A DNA stretch of 64,000 bases from an uncultured Chloroflexia bacterium (lineage in GTDB: Bacteria > Chloroflexota > Limnocylindria > Limnocylindrales > CSP1-4): NCBI GenBank assembly GCA_963813535.1, contig CAWEZH010000003.1, forward strand, positions 480,001 through 544,000. Direction: 5' to 3'. The notes below the pieces were generated by a model, which saw only the letters and a program-made list of their open reading frames with translations, did not search any database and was not told where the DNA came from. Positions 28,656 to 38,678 of the stretch are shown here, one piece after another. Every line of letters starts with the position of its first letter. Position 1 is the stretch's first letter. Position numbers and translations under genes: made by a program.

Positions 28656-29819
28656 ATGCTCGACCCGGATCCGCCTGTGACACGCAGCCTTGACGAGGTC
28701 CAGGCTGCCCTCGATGCCGCCGTTCGGGGCATCGCCGGACTGACCTCCGTTGATGACGCGTTGCAGGTCATCGTCGATCGCGTCCGTCCGCTCGTTGGAG
28801 CGCAGTACGCCGCCGTGGGGATCGTCGACGCCGACGGCCGCATCGAGCGATTCATCACGAGCGGGATGGACGATCACATCCGACGGCAGATCGGCGCCCT
28901 GCCGGAGGGACATGGCCTCCTCGGCTTGATCATCCGCGAGAACCGCTCCTTCCGGATCCCCGATCTGAACGTCGACCCCCGCCGCTCCGGTTTCCCGCCG
29001 AACCATCCACCCATGACGAGCTTCCTGGGTGTGCCGATCACGATCAAAGGCATCTCGCTCGGCCGGCTATACCTCACCAACCGGATCGGGGCTGACGAGT
29101 TCAGCGAGGAAGATCGGTCGCTCGTCGAGACCTTCGCCCTCCACGCCGGGATCGCGATGGAGAATGCGCGACTGCACGAGCAGCTGCAGCGACTCGCGGT
29201 CGTCGATGAACGGGAACGGATCTCGAAGGACCTGCACGACGGGATCATCCAGAACCTGTATGCGGTGGGACTCTCGCTCGAGGACGTCCCCGAGCTCATG
29301 ACCGAAGACTCCGCCGAGGCCGCGGCTCGAGTCGAGCGGGCGATCGACGCGATCCATCTCTCGATCAAGGACATCCGCAACTTCATCTTCGGCCTGCGCC
29401 CTGAGTTGCTGGAGGGTGCATCGCTGGTCGTCGGGCTAGCGGCGTTGGTCGATGAATACCGACATAACATGATCGTGGACCTGGAGCTACACCTCCCCGA
29501 CGCGGTGACTGAACCGCCGGTCGAGGTGACCGGTCACCTCCTGGCGATCGTGGCCGAATCGCTCAGCAACATCGCGCGTCACTCGCAGGCGACTCGCGCG
29601 ACCGTGACACTCACGACGAGCGCGGACCGGAATGGGTTGGAGCTGGTCATCGAGGACAACGGGGTCGGGTTCGATCCGGCCAGCGTGGTCAAGCTCGGGC
29701 ATCAGGGTCTGGCCAATACGCGCGAACGGACCGCGCAGATCGGCGGGACCCTGACCATCGTCAGCCGTCCCGGGGCCGGCACGAGGGTGTTCATCCTCGC
29801 CCCGGTCGAGCCGACGTGA
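28656..29819 (+). CDS. GAF sensor histidine kinase, DosS/DosT-like
   Basis: GAF with GFPPNHPPMTSFLGVP; HisKA_3 ERERISKDLHD; DNGVGF. Confidence 0.9.
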   Translation: MLDPDPPVTRSLDEVQAALDAAVRGIAGLTSVDDALQVIVDRVRPLVGAQYAAVGIVDADGRIERFITSGMDDHIRRQIGALPEGHGLLGLIIRENRSFRIPDLNVDPRRSGFPPNHPPMTSFLGVPITIKGISLGRLYLTNRIGADEFSEEDRSLVETFALHAGIAMENARLHEQLQRLAVVDERERISKDLHDGIIQNLYAVGLSLEDVPELMTEDSAEAAARVERAIDAIHLSIKDIRNFIFGLRPELLEGASLVVGLAALVDEYRHNMIVDLELHLPDAVTEPPVEVTGHLLAIVAESLSNIARHSQATRATVTLTTSADRNGLELVIEDNGVGFDPASVVKLGHQGLANTRERTAQIGGTLTIVSRPGAGTRVFILAPVEPT

Positions 29820-29828
29820 GGCGAGCAC

Positions 29829-30524
29829 GTGTCTGAGGGTGCGTCTCCGCCGCCGACGCGACCGTTGACGCTGCTCCTCGTCGACGACCACGAGGTCGTG
29901 CGCCAGGGTCTCGCCGCCCTGCTGGGGCGTCGGCCGGAGTTCCAGATCGTCGGCGAGGCAAGCACGGTCGCCGAAGCGATCGACGGCGCGCGACGCTTCC
30001 GCCCGGACCTCGTCGTCATGGATGTTCGGCTGCCGGACGGCTCGGGGATCGAGGCCTGTCGGGACATTCGAGCCGAGCTGCCCGAGACACGGGTCGTCAT
30101 GCTGACGAGCTACCCCGATGAGGACGCCGTCCTCGCGGCGATCATCGCGGGGGCGAGTGGGTACCTCCTGAAGCAAGTTCGCGCCCGCGATCTCGTGGCG
30201 GCCCTCATCGCCGTCGGGCGCGGCGAATCGCTGCTCGATCCGGCCGTGACGGGGCGCGTGCTCGAGCGCATCCGGCGGATCGCGACATCCGATCGACCCG
30301 ACGAACTCGCCGCGTTGACGTCGCAGGAGCAGAAGATCCTCCTCCTGGTCGCCGAGGGCAAGACGAACAAGGAGATCGCGGCCGATGTCTTCCTGTCCGA
30401 CAAGACGGTCAAGAACTACGTCAGCTCGATCCTGGCCAAACTGAATCTCGAGCGACGCGCTCAGGCCGCCGCCTACATGGCGCACCTGCGTGACGCGAGC
30501 CGGGACATCGACAGCGGCACGTAG
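29829..30524 (+). CDS. NarL-family response regulator, DevR/DosR-like
   Basis: DDHEVVR, DVRLPDGSG, MLTSY, TNKEIA..FLSDKTVKNYVS. Confidence 0.92.
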   Translation: MSEGASPPPTRPLTLLLVDDHEVVRQGLAALLGRRPEFQIVGEASTVAEAIDGARRFRPDLVVMDVRLPDGSGIEACRDIRAELPETRVVMLTSYPDEDAVLAAIIAGASGYLLKQVRARDLVAALIAVGRGESLLDPAVTGRVLERIRRIATSDRPDELAALTSQEQKILLLVAEGKTNKEIAADVFLSDKTVKNYVSSILAKLNLERRAQAAAYMAHLRDASRDIDSGT

Positions 30525-30617
30525 CACGGGCCGACCGGCCCGTCACAAACGGCCGTTCGACCCTGCCCGAGTGGCGTGAGGGCGGGCATCCTCTATCCAG
30601 GATGGAGGAGGCGCTCA

Positions 30618-30826
30618 TGACCGAACGACGACAACGAGCCCACGGCGACGCGGATGATGCCGAGGCCGAACACGTCGAGCGTTCGCCGGCGGAAGGCACA
30701 CCATCCTTCGACCTCCGGACGATCCAAGAGATCATCGATCGAGACCGAGTCCTTGTTCAGGGACGCTGTCGCCCGACTGCGCTTCGAGCGAGCGTACGTG
30801 GCGCTGCCGCCAAAAGGAGCGCGTGA
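30618..30826 (+). CDS. possible small protein
   Basis: strong GGAGGAGG RBS; stop overlaps next ATG; no recognisable domain. Confidence 0.35.
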
Positions 30827-31269
30827 TGCAATACGCAAGGACGCCGGTGCGCCGGCTCATCAACATGCTCGAGTGGACACGGATCCGCCTCGGGATCGCG
30901 CCAAGTCAGCGCTTCCTATTGACCGTGACTGGCCGGCGATCCGGTCGACCCCACACGACGCCCGTCGCTGTCGTCCAGCACGGGTCGGAGCGCTGGCTGG
31001 TCGCTCCGTATGGCGAGGTGAGCTGGGTCCGAAACGCTCGGGCGGCGGGTCGAGTCTGGCTTGAACGGGGTCGGCGACGGGAGGAGTGCGAGGTCGCCGA
31101 GGTCAGTCCCACCGAGGCCGGCCCGGTACTCCACGAGTACGTCGCGATGGAGCCGATCACGCGGCCGTTCTTCGCCGCCCCGGTCAACGCTCCCGTCGAT
31201 GCCTTCGCCGCCGACGCGGCGATGCATCCGGTCTTCTCACTGCTGTCGCCGAATACGCCGAAGGGCTGA
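30826..31269 (+). CDS. deazaflavin (F420)-dependent nitroreductase family (Ddn-like)
   Basis: LLTVTGRRSGRPHTTPV, WVRNARA, HPVF. Confidence 0.88.
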   Translation: MQYARTPVRRLINMLEWTRIRLGIAPSQRFLLTVTGRRSGRPHTTPVAVVQHGSERWLVAPYGEVSWVRNARAAGRVWLERGRRREECEVAEVSPTEAGPVLHEYVAMEPITRPFFAAPVNAPVDAFAADAAMHPVFSLLSPNTPKG

Positions 31270-31320
31270 CTCCGACAAGCCGTGGCATGGCCATCCTCGC
31301 GGCGACATCGATCCGGACGG

Positions 31321-31923
31321 TCAGAGCCACCCGCGCTCGCGGGCGAGCCGCGCAGCGGCGGTGCGGTTGCTCACGCCAAGCTTTCCGATCGCCTCGGAAA
31401 GGTAGTTCCGTACGGTGCCGTCCGACAGGTGGAGACGCGCCGCGATCTCCGCGTTGGCGAGCCCCTCGCCAGCGAGGCGCAGGACCTCGCGTTCACGGTC
31501 AGTGAGCGGATCCGCCTCGGTCCAGGCATCTGCCGCCAGCTGTGGGTCGATCGCCCGACGGCCGCTATGGACCGTGCGGATGGCCTCGGCGAGCGTGGCA
31601 GACGGGGCGTCCTTGAGGAGGTAGCCCGCGGCGCCAGCGTCGAGCGCCCGTCGCAGGTAGCCGCTGCGAGCAAATGTGGTCAGGATCACGACACGCGTCG
31701 ACAGGCCCTGTCGACGTATCTCTGCGGCGACGTCGAGGCCGCTCAGCCCTGGCATCTCGATGTCGGTCAAGAGCACGTCCGGGGTGAGCGAGACGACGAG
31801 CCGGAGCGCCTCATCGCCATCGAGCGCCGTCCCGACGACTTCCAGGTCGTCCTCGAGTCCGAGCAGGACGCCGAGCGCGCCGAGCATCATGCGCTGATCC
31901 TCGGCCAGGACGACGCGGATCAC
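31321..31923 (-). CDS. DesR-like response regulator
   Basis: AEDQ, TDIEMPG, LTTF, GTVRNYLS. Confidence 0.92.
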   Translation of the reverse strand: MIRVVLAEDQRMMLGALGVLLGLEDDLEVVGTALDGDEALRLVVSLTPDVLLTDIEMPGLSGLDVAAEIRRQGLSTRVVILTTFARSGYLRRALDAGAAGYLLKDAPSATLAEAIRTVHSGRRAIDPQLAADAWTEADPLTDREREVLRLAGEGLANAEIAARLHLSDGTVRNYLSEAIGKLGVSNRTAAARLARERGWL

Positions 31924-33053
31924 AGACGTCCGCTCGATTCGGAGGGTCGCGCAGCCGTGTTGTTCGTCGTACCTTCGGCCGGCACGGCGACGCGGACACG
32001 CATGCCCGACCTTCCTTCGCGCGCCACCGTGCCGCCGAGGGCCGTGATCCGCTCGCGCATCCCCGTCAGGCCCGCCCCGTCCGGGCCGCCTCCGCCTCGT
32101 CCGTCGTCGATGACCTCGAGGACGACCCCGCCGGAGCTATCCGTACCGAGCCGGATGATCGCGTGACTGGCATCGGCGTGGCGCACCACATTCGTCACGG
32201 ATTCCCGGAGCGCGAATGCCAAGGCCGATTCGTGTGCGATCGGGAGCGCGGGCAGGGCGACCTCGACCGTCGCCTCGACACCGGCCGCCGCAAGCGCCCG
32301 CCGGGCCCCGTCGAGCTCGCCGCGAAGGCCGTGCGCGCGGTAGCCGGCCACCGCCGCGCGCACCTCGGTGAGGGCGTCCCGGCCGATCCGTTCGACGTCG
32401 CGCATCTCGTCGCCGGCCCGCGACGGATCGCGCTCCGCCAGGCGCGCCGCCAGCTCGGATTTCACGATGATCACCGACAGCGTGTGTCCCAGCAGATCGT
32501 GGAGATCGCGTGCGATCCGCTCCCGTTCCCCGAGAGCGGCAAGCCGTTCGATCTCCTCGTCGGCGCGGCGCAGGCGACGCTCCGCCCGCTGACGCTCGGC
32601 ATCGAACAGGTTGGCTGCACCCGTGACGATCGTGAAGACGAGCGCAGGTGCCAGGCCCAGCAACCGCAACGGCAATGGGACGGGCGAGACGACCATCAGG
32701 GCAACGAGGAGGCCCACCAGCGCACCGATGACCTGGACCGCACGCCTCGCCGGCTCGAGATATGCGGCGGCGCCGGCTGCGTAGATGACGAAGACGCTCG
32801 CGCCGCCATTGATCAGCGAGCCGACCACACCGAGCGCGGCCGTCGCAGCCACGATCAACAACAACTGCCGATCATCGGCGGCGCGGTAGCCGGCGACATA
32901 GAGCGGCAGGAACGCGGCGATCAGCAGGGCGACCACGGCCCAGTCGAGCAGACCGGCGGTCGGATCCAGTGCAGGCTGGAAGAAGAGCGCCACCAGGTAG
33001 ACGAGCCAGAGGTAGCGCATCCACCTCGTGCCGTCGGGCGGGCGGTCGCTCAC
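31920..33053 (-). CDS. DesK-like membrane histidine kinase
   Basis: about 5 TM segments; ERERIARDLHDLLGHTLSVI, RESVTNVVRH, DDGRG. Confidence 0.9.
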   Translation of the reverse strand: MSDRPPDGTRWMRYLWLVYLVALFFQPALDPTAGLLDWAVVALLIAAFLPLYVAGYRAADDRQLLLIVAATAALGVVGSLINGGASVFVIYAAGAAAYLEPARRAVQVIGALVGLLVALMVVSPVPLPLRLLGLAPALVFTIVTGAANLFDAERQRAERRLRRADEEIERLAALGERERIARDLHDLLGHTLSVIIVKSELAARLAERDPSRAGDEMRDVERIGRDALTEVRAAVAGYRAHGLRGELDGARRALAAAGVEATVEVALPALPIAHESALAFALRESVTNVVRHADASHAIIRLGTDSSGGVVLEVIDDGRGGGGPDGAGLTGMRERITALGGTVAREGRSGMRVRVAVPAEGTTNNTAARPSESSGRL

Positions 33054-33060
33054 CGCGCTC

Positions 33061-33627
33061 TCATCCGCGGGTTCGCTCCGCATCCAGGCGCCACCGCGCG
33101 GACCAGTGGAGCGCAGGAGACGTGGCCGTCCGCTGACGCGCAGCTCTCGCGAGGATGTAGAGGCCGATGGCGACGACCGGGAGCAGGAAGTCCCAAAGGA
33201 GGATCGGACCGGCATTGTTCGACGACAGGTTCCCCATGCGAATGATGTCCACCACGTGCGTGACGCCGGCACCCCACGCGAAGGCGGATTTGGCCGCGAT
33301 CGCCGGGAGCCAGAAGTCGTACCGCCAGAAGCACGCGAATCCGAGCATCCCGATCGCAAGGTTGGCGAACCCGACCTCCGTCTGGAACGGGTTGCCCTGC
33401 GGCCACCCGATCGTCGCCGCGACATCGTCGGCGAAGACGGTGTGCAACAGCACGTTGGACATGCCGATCGCCCCGGACACGCCGAGCACGTACATCAAGA
33501 CGATCTCGGCCCGACCTGAACGATCACGGCGCCCGGCGTGTCGGACATTGATCGCTGCCGGCACGCTGATGGCGAAGACCCAGACGTAGACCTGCCAGCC
33601 GGGGATGGACGTCAGCGTGTCGATCAT
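33061..33627 (-). CDS. membrane protein (DUF6790-like)
   Basis: IGWPQGNPFQTEVGFANL, NNAGPIL. Confidence 0.75.
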   Translation of the reverse strand: MIDTLTSIPGWQVYVWVFAISVPAAINVRHAGRRDRSGRAEIVLMYVLGVSGAIGMSNVLLHTVFADDVAATIGWPQGNPFQTEVGFANLAIGMLGFACFWRYDFWLPAIAAKSAFAWGAGVTHVVDIIRMGNLSSNNAGPILLWDFLLPVVAIGLYILARAARQRTATSPALHWSARWRLDAERTRG

Positions 33628-33654
33628 GATCGGACCTCAGTGGCCATCGACGGC

Positions 33655-34200
33655 CTACGCTCGATCGTACGCCGCACGAAGCCAGCCGATCACCTGATCG
33701 TCGAGCTCATCGGCCGACGAGAGGCGGACTCGATGCGTGCACATGCCGCCCGCCGCCTGCAGCCGGGCTCCTGGCTCCTCGCCCTTGAGATTCAGTCCGA
33801 TCTCGAGCTGGCCACCGGGACCCGGGCCGACGGTTCCGAATTGCTTCGAGCGCCGCAGGCTGACGTAGGCCTTCTTGGGAGCCAGGTCGATGTCGCCACC
33901 GAAGCCCCGGACGAGCGTGATGACGCGGTCATGCAGCGGGCGGATACTCGACTTCGCACCCGAGTACATCGCGTCGACGAGCCCGGCTTCACTCGCCGTT
34001 GGACCGTTTCGCGCTCGCAGTGCGACCAGGTTGGCGTTGCCATGGCTGAAGCCATGCACGTCCTTGAGCCACGCCACGATCTCGCTGTGCCGCTCCATGC
34101 CGGTCGCCTGGACCAGAGCGACCCACGCGTCCATGGAGCGGCCGGTGGCCTGCTCGATGTTCCGCATCTGGCTCTGGAGCGCGTCATCAAGCGTCGCCAT
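33655..34200 (-). CDS. DUF4287 + DUF5655 domain protein
   Basis: NIEQATGRS..W, WLKDVHGFSHGNA; PKKAYVSLRRSKQF, THRVRL. Confidence 0.85.
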   Translation of the reverse strand: MATLDDALQSQMRNIEQATGRSMDAWVALVQATGMERHSEIVAWLKDVHGFSHGNANLVALRARNGPTASEAGLVDAMYSGAKSSIRPLHDRVITLVRGFGGDIDLAPKKAYVSLRRSKQFGTVGPGPGGQLEIGLNLKGEEPGARLQAAGGMCTHRVRLSSADELDDQVIGWLRAAYDRA

Positions 34201-34465
34201 CGATCCGTTCCTCCTGCGCTCTCAGTGCGCCCCACACGAAGCGCACCGCTCCCTGTGTTCCGCGGCCTATCCCGGGATCTCGACCGGGCACGAGCCGACT
34301 GGTCAGTCTGGCGACGCTCCAGCGTCCGCGTCCTTCGAGATCCCGGGCTGGCGGCACTCCCTTGCGCCGAAGCTGCATCAGCAGGGTCCGCTCACGCAAC
34401 CCGTCTCGGACCCGGTCCTCGGCCGCCATCACGGCGTAGTCGGCCCTGTAGTCCACCATACCCAT
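34187..34465 (-). CDS. possible small hypothetical protein at head of the DesKR-like operon
   Basis: ATG at 34465 after a purine-rich stretch; no recognisable domain. Confidence 0.3.
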   Translation of the reverse strand: MGMVDYRADYAVMAAEDRVRDGLRERTLLMQLRRKGVPPARDLEGRGRWSVARLTSRLVPGRDPGIGRGTQGAVRFVWGALRAQEERIDGDA

Positions 34466-34596
34466 GTACCTGATCCGCTCCATACCTGATCCGATCGCGC
34501 TATCCGTGTCCGTGGCGGTGGGTCCATCCCGGTCGTCGTGGCCAGGCCCATCTGTGAACACGGACCGATCGTCCTGCGCGCTACCCGTCGGCGGTA

Positions 34597-34632
34597 GTGA
34601 GCGGTCTCACCCGTTCGCGATGACGATCGTCA
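34597..34632. promoter_or_regulatory. tandem palindromes, putative DesR-type sites
   Basis: GTGAG-CGGT-CTCAC and TGAC-GATC-GTCA, 23 bp apart. Confidence 0.5.
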
Positions 34633-34709
34633 GATCGCGCCTGGGATCCCCAAGTACCTCGCTTCACGAGCTCGTCGCAGCCCGGTCGGTGCCCGCGTAG
34701 CATGGCGCG

Positions 34710-34723
34710 TGCAACCGTTTGCA
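34710..34723 (+). promoter_or_regulatory. LacI/GalR-type operator upstream of P450
   Basis: TGCAACCGTTTGCA matches TGNAANCGNTTNCA; just downstream of -10 TAGCAT (34698-34703). Confidence 0.6.
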
Positions 34724-34737
34724 TAGCGAGGTGAGGC

Positions 34738-35940
34738 ATGGCAGGAGTCGACCAGCTCGCACCCACCGACCCGTCGGTCGTCTGGGATCCGCTCATCCCG
34801 CTCGATGACCCGTATCCGATCTACCGGCGCCTGCGCGATGAGGCGCCCGTGTACCACCACGCCGGTCGGGATCTCTGGGTCCTCTCCCGTTGGGATGATG
34901 TCCAGGCCGCCGCGAAGGACTGGGAGACGTTCTCGAGCAGCGCGGGCGGGACCGGCAACGATGTCGACGACACCTACCAGCTCTTCCTGCCGGCCGGTGA
35001 CCTGCCGGCGGCCGACCCGCCCGTTCACACCAGGCTCCGCGGCGCGCTACGGCTCGCGTTCAGCCCGTCGGCGCTGAGGGTCCGTTTCGAGCCCGCGGTC
35101 CGGGCCAAGGTGACCGAGCTCATCGACGGGTTCGCCGATCAGGGCAGGGCCGACTTCGCGCGGGACCTCGCGCGGCCACTCCCCGGGACCACGATGTTCA
35201 CCTGGTTCGGCTTCCCGGAGTCGGACCATCCGCAGCTCATCGGATGGTTCGGCGACATGCTGGAGCGAACGCCCGGCGAGGCAGCGCTGCCACCGGTCGC
35301 CGTCGCCGCCCGCGACCGGATGCGGGCATACATCGAAGACACCGCGAAGGAGCGGCGGGTGTCGCCCGGCGACGACCTCATGACCCACCTGGTCCGAGCG
35401 GAGGCGGCAGGCGAGCTCAGCAGCGACGAGTTGCTGGGCAGCTCGCTCCTCCTCTTCGTCGCGGGCATCACCACGACGTCGGGCCTCATCTCGAACTCGC
35501 TGCTGCATCTGGCCGGATACCCGCAGGCTCGCGAGACGATGCGGCAGGACCCCGCGACCATCCCTGCCGCGATCGAAGAGCTGCTGCGTTACGAGGCGCC
35601 CATCCAGGCGCTGGTCCGGGCCACGACACGACCGGTGGAGCGGCACGGGACGACGATCCCGGAAGGCGTACGCGTCGTCCTGCTGTGGGCGTCGGCCAAC
35701 CGCGATGAGCGGCATTGGCCGGATCCCGACACTCTCGACATCGGCCGAGCGCCGGTCCGCCACGTCTCGTTCGGCGATGGGATCCACCACTGCCTCGGGG
35801 CGCCGCTGGCCAGGCTCGAGGCGAAGATCGTCCTCGAGGAGTTGCTGCCGCGGATCCCGTCATGGAGCGTCAGCGGGCCGATCCGCAGGCTGCCGACACC
35901 CACCGATCGCGGCCTGGAGAGCCTGCCGGTCGAGTTCTAG
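34738..35940 (+). CDS. cytochrome P450
   Basis: DPPVHTRLR, AGITTT I-helix, EELLR, FGDGIHHCLG. Confidence 0.96.
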   Translation: MAGVDQLAPTDPSVVWDPLIPLDDPYPIYRRLRDEAPVYHHAGRDLWVLSRWDDVQAAAKDWETFSSSAGGTGNDVDDTYQLFLPAGDLPAADPPVHTRLRGALRLAFSPSALRVRFEPAVRAKVTELIDGFADQGRADFARDLARPLPGTTMFTWFGFPESDHPQLIGWFGDMLERTPGEAALPPVAVAARDRMRAYIEDTAKERRVSPGDDLMTHLVRAEAAGELSSDELLGSSLLLFVAGITTTSGLISNSLLHLAGYPQARETMRQDPATIPAAIEELLRYEAPIQALVRATTRPVERHGTTIPEGVRVVLLWASANRDERHWPDPDTLDIGRAPVRHVSFGDGIHHCLGAPLARLEAKIVLEELLPRIPSWSVSGPIRRLPTPTDRGLESLPVEF

Positions 35941-36040
35941 GGGACACGTGACGGACAGCGTCACGCATCGCCACCTCGGCGCGTCGTAGGTCAAGACGCC
36001 GGGCGGTCACTGGCAGGCTGATCGATCGCCCGGCGTCCCC

Positions 36041-37471
36041 ATGTCCGCCATCCAGGGCGGGTCCGGCCCGCGGCAGCCTCGGGTAGACTCGGCCGGACCC
36101 GACACAGTCAGGGGGATCTCGCCCGTCGTGCACGCAACCCGGATCCGGACAGCCCCGTCGTCCGGACCCATCGACCGCCGCCGGCTCTTCGCCGCCGGTC
36201 TGTCGGCCATCGTTCCCGGTCTCGGTCAGGCGTTCAATGGGCGGCGCAGGCTCACAGCCCTCTTCCTGATCCCATCCCTGCTGATCGGCGGGGTCGCACT
36301 GCTCATCTGGGCGACACAGACCCCGACCCGGATCGCCGCGTGGGCGATCGCACCGGCGGTGCTCGGCGGGTTGCTGACGCTCAATGCGCTGATCCTGGCC
36401 TGGCGGCTTCTGGCCGTCGGCCAGGCCTACCTCGATACGCGACGGCATGGCCCGACCGGACGCCTCGGAATCATCGGCGTCGCTGTCATCGCCCTGCTCG
36501 TCGTGGTCCCGCACATCGCCGTCTTCCGGTACGGGACGGCGTTCGGCGATGCCTTCGCGCGCGTCTTCCAGACCCCGAGCCTCGCGGCCGACGGCGAGAC
36601 CCCGCCTGCCGGTCCCGGTGCGGACGAGCGGGTCAACGTCCTGGTGCTGGGCGTCGATGCGGCGCCCGGACGGTCTGCCGTCCTCACCGACACGATGATG
36701 GTCGTGTCGTTCGATCCGGTCGGGAAGACGGCATCGATGGTGTCGCTCCCACGCGACCTCGTGAACGTCCCGCTGGGCGGCGGCGACGACTTCGGCCCGA
36801 AGCTCAACTCGCTGATGTCCTACGCCGACCGCCACCCGAAGGACTTCCCGAAGGGCGGTCTGCGGACACTGCAGAGCGCCATCGGTGAGCTGCTCGGCAT
36901 CCCGATCCACTACCACGCGACGATGGAGTTCGAAGGCTTCATCGACATGGTCGACGCGGTCGGCGGCGTGGACATCACCGTGGCCAAGGCGATCGACGAT
37001 CCGGGCTATGACGGCTTTGGCGCCGATGGACGCGGCTGGTCGATCACGAAGGGCCGCCACCACCTCGACGGCGTCGACGCGCTGGCCTATGCACGCAGCC
37101 GCAAGTCGGCCGGGGAGAGCGACTTCACACGGGCGGGGCGCCAGCAGCAGATCATCGTCGCGCTGAAGGATGCCGCGACGGACGGCGGGAGCATCTTCTG
37201 GGAGCTGCCGGGTCTCATCGGCGCGGTCGGGGACTCGATCCGCACCGACCTGCCGATCGAGCGGCTGCCCCAGCTGGCCGTGTCGATCGACGAGATGCGC
37301 GATGGCGGCATCACCCGAGCCATCATCCGCCACCCGCTGGTCCGCTCGGTCGACACCCGCTACGGGTCGTCACTGATGCCCGACCTGCCGGCCATCCGCG
37401 CCGTCGCGGCCAAGCTCTTCCCGACGCCGGGCACCGAACCGGAGCCCTGGCCGACGCCAGAGCCGTCGTAG
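36041..37471 (+). CDS. LCP (LytR-CpsA-Psr) family glycopolymer ligase
   Basis: N-terminal TM segments; LGVD, TDTMMV, SLPRD, ALAYARSR, SDFTRAGRQQ. Confidence 0.92.
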   Translation: MSAIQGGSGPRQPRVDSAGPDTVRGISPVVHATRIRTAPSSGPIDRRRLFAAGLSAIVPGLGQAFNGRRRLTALFLIPSLLIGGVALLIWATQTPTRIAAWAIAPAVLGGLLTLNALILAWRLLAVGQAYLDTRRHGPTGRLGIIGVAVIALLVVVPHIAVFRYGTAFGDAFARVFQTPSLAADGETPPAGPGADERVNVLVLGVDAAPGRSAVLTDTMMVVSFDPVGKTASMVSLPRDLVNVPLGGGDDFGPKLNSLMSYADRHPKDFPKGGLRTLQSAIGELLGIPIHYHATMEFEGFIDMVDAVGGVDITVAKAIDDPGYDGFGADGRGWSITKGRHHLDGVDALAYARSRKSAGESDFTRAGRQQQIIVALKDAATDGGSIFWELPGLIGAVGDSIRTDLPIERLPQLAVSIDEMRDGGITRAIIRHPLVRSVDTRYGSSLMPDLPAIRAVAAKLFPTPGTEPEPWPTPEPS

Positions 37472-37493
37472 GCCCGTCGGTCGCTGCGGTGAG

Positions 37494-38063
37494 CTAGAGA
37501 CCGGTCTCCCAGCGACCGGGCGGCGGCCGCCACGCCGCGAATGCATCGAGCAGGGCGCCGAGCGAGTCCGCCCGGGTGACCAACCGGCGATGGGCCGGTG
37601 CCACGAACCCCTCGGCGACGGCCATGTCCAGCCAGGCGAGCAGCAGCGTCCAGTAGTCGCCGACCTCGAGCAGCCCGATCGGCTTCGCATGCAGCTCCAG
37701 CTGTGCCCACGAAACGACCTCGGCGAGCTCCTCCAGCGTGCCGAGCCCGCCCGGCAGCGCGATGAAGGCATCGGCCAGGTCGGCCATCAGGGCCTTGCGC
37801 TCGTGCAATGAATCGACGACATGGAGCTCGGTCAGGCCAGGGTGGGCGAGCTCGCGGTCGACCAGCCCCTGCGGGATGACCCCGATCACCTCGCCGCCGG
37901 CATCGAGCGCGGCATCGGCGACGGCGCCCATCAACCCGACCCGGCCACCGCCGTACACCACGCCGATGCCGCGCTGGGCAAGCCCCGCGCCGACCTCCCG
38001 CGCCGCCTCGAGGTAGCGCGGCTCGTTGCCCGGGCTGGCGCCGCAGAACACGCAGATGCGCAC
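37494..38063 (-). CDS. LOG family nucleotide 5'-monophosphate nucleosidase (TIGR00730)
   Basis: [24 protein letters not shown]. Confidence 0.93.
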   Translation of the reverse strand: MRICVFCGASPGNEPRYLEAAREVGAGLAQRGIGVVYGGGRVGLMGAVADAALDAGGEVIGVIPQGLVDRELAHPGLTELHVVDSLHERKALMADLADAFIALPGGLGTLEELAEVVSWAQLELHAKPIGLLEVGDYWTLLLAWLDMAVAEGFVAPAHRRLVTRADSLGALLDAFAAWRPPPGRWETGL

Positions 38064-38066
38064 GCC

Positions 38067-38678
38067 TCAGAATCCGCGCTCGGCGAGATGCGGCGCCATC
38101 TCGCGGGCCGCCCGGGCGCGGTGCGAGATCCGGTTCTTCTCCACGGCGGTCCACTGCCCGAACGTGCGGCCACCCGGCGGCTCTCCCTCCGGCTCGAAGA
38201 TCGGGTCGTACCCGAAGCCGCCGGAACCGCGTGGCGACGTGGCGATCCGTCCTTCGCAGACGCCACGGGCGAAGACCAGCGGCTCGTTCGGCATCGCCAG
38301 CGCCAGGACGCAGACGTAGCGCGCCCGCCGCTCGTTCGTCGGGCGCTCAGCCAGCGCCCCCAGCAGCTTCGTGTTGTTGTCGTCGTCGGTCGCCTGCTCC
38401 CCGGCGTACCGGCGCGTCCGGACGCCCGGGCCACCACCCAGGGCCTCGACCTCGATCCCGGAGTCGTCCGCCAGCGTCGGCAGACCGGTCGCCTCGAGAC
38501 CGAACCGAGCCTTGATCGCGGCATTCGCCTCGAACGTCTCGCCGTCCTCGACCGGCTCGCCCGCCACGCCGGCTTCGTCCAGCGTGAGCAGTTCGCCATC
38601 CCGCAGCTGCAGCAGCTCGCGCAACTCGCGCAGCTTGTGTTCGCTCCGGGTGGCCACCAACAGTCGAGGTGGGGTCAC
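38067..38678 (-). CDS. rdgB: non-canonical purine NTP pyrophosphatase
   Basis: [27 protein letters not shown]; GTG overlaps the restored rph stop. Confidence 0.92.
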   Translation of the reverse strand: MTPPRLLVATRSEHKLRELRELLQLRDGELLTLDEAGVAGEPVEDGETFEANAAIKARFGLEATGLPTLADDSGIEVEALGGGPGVRTRRYAGEQATDDDNNTKLLGALAERPTNERRARYVCVLALAMPNEPLVFARGVCEGRIATSPRGSGGFGYDPIFEPEGEPPGGRTFGQWTAVEKNRISHRARAAREMAPHLAERGF

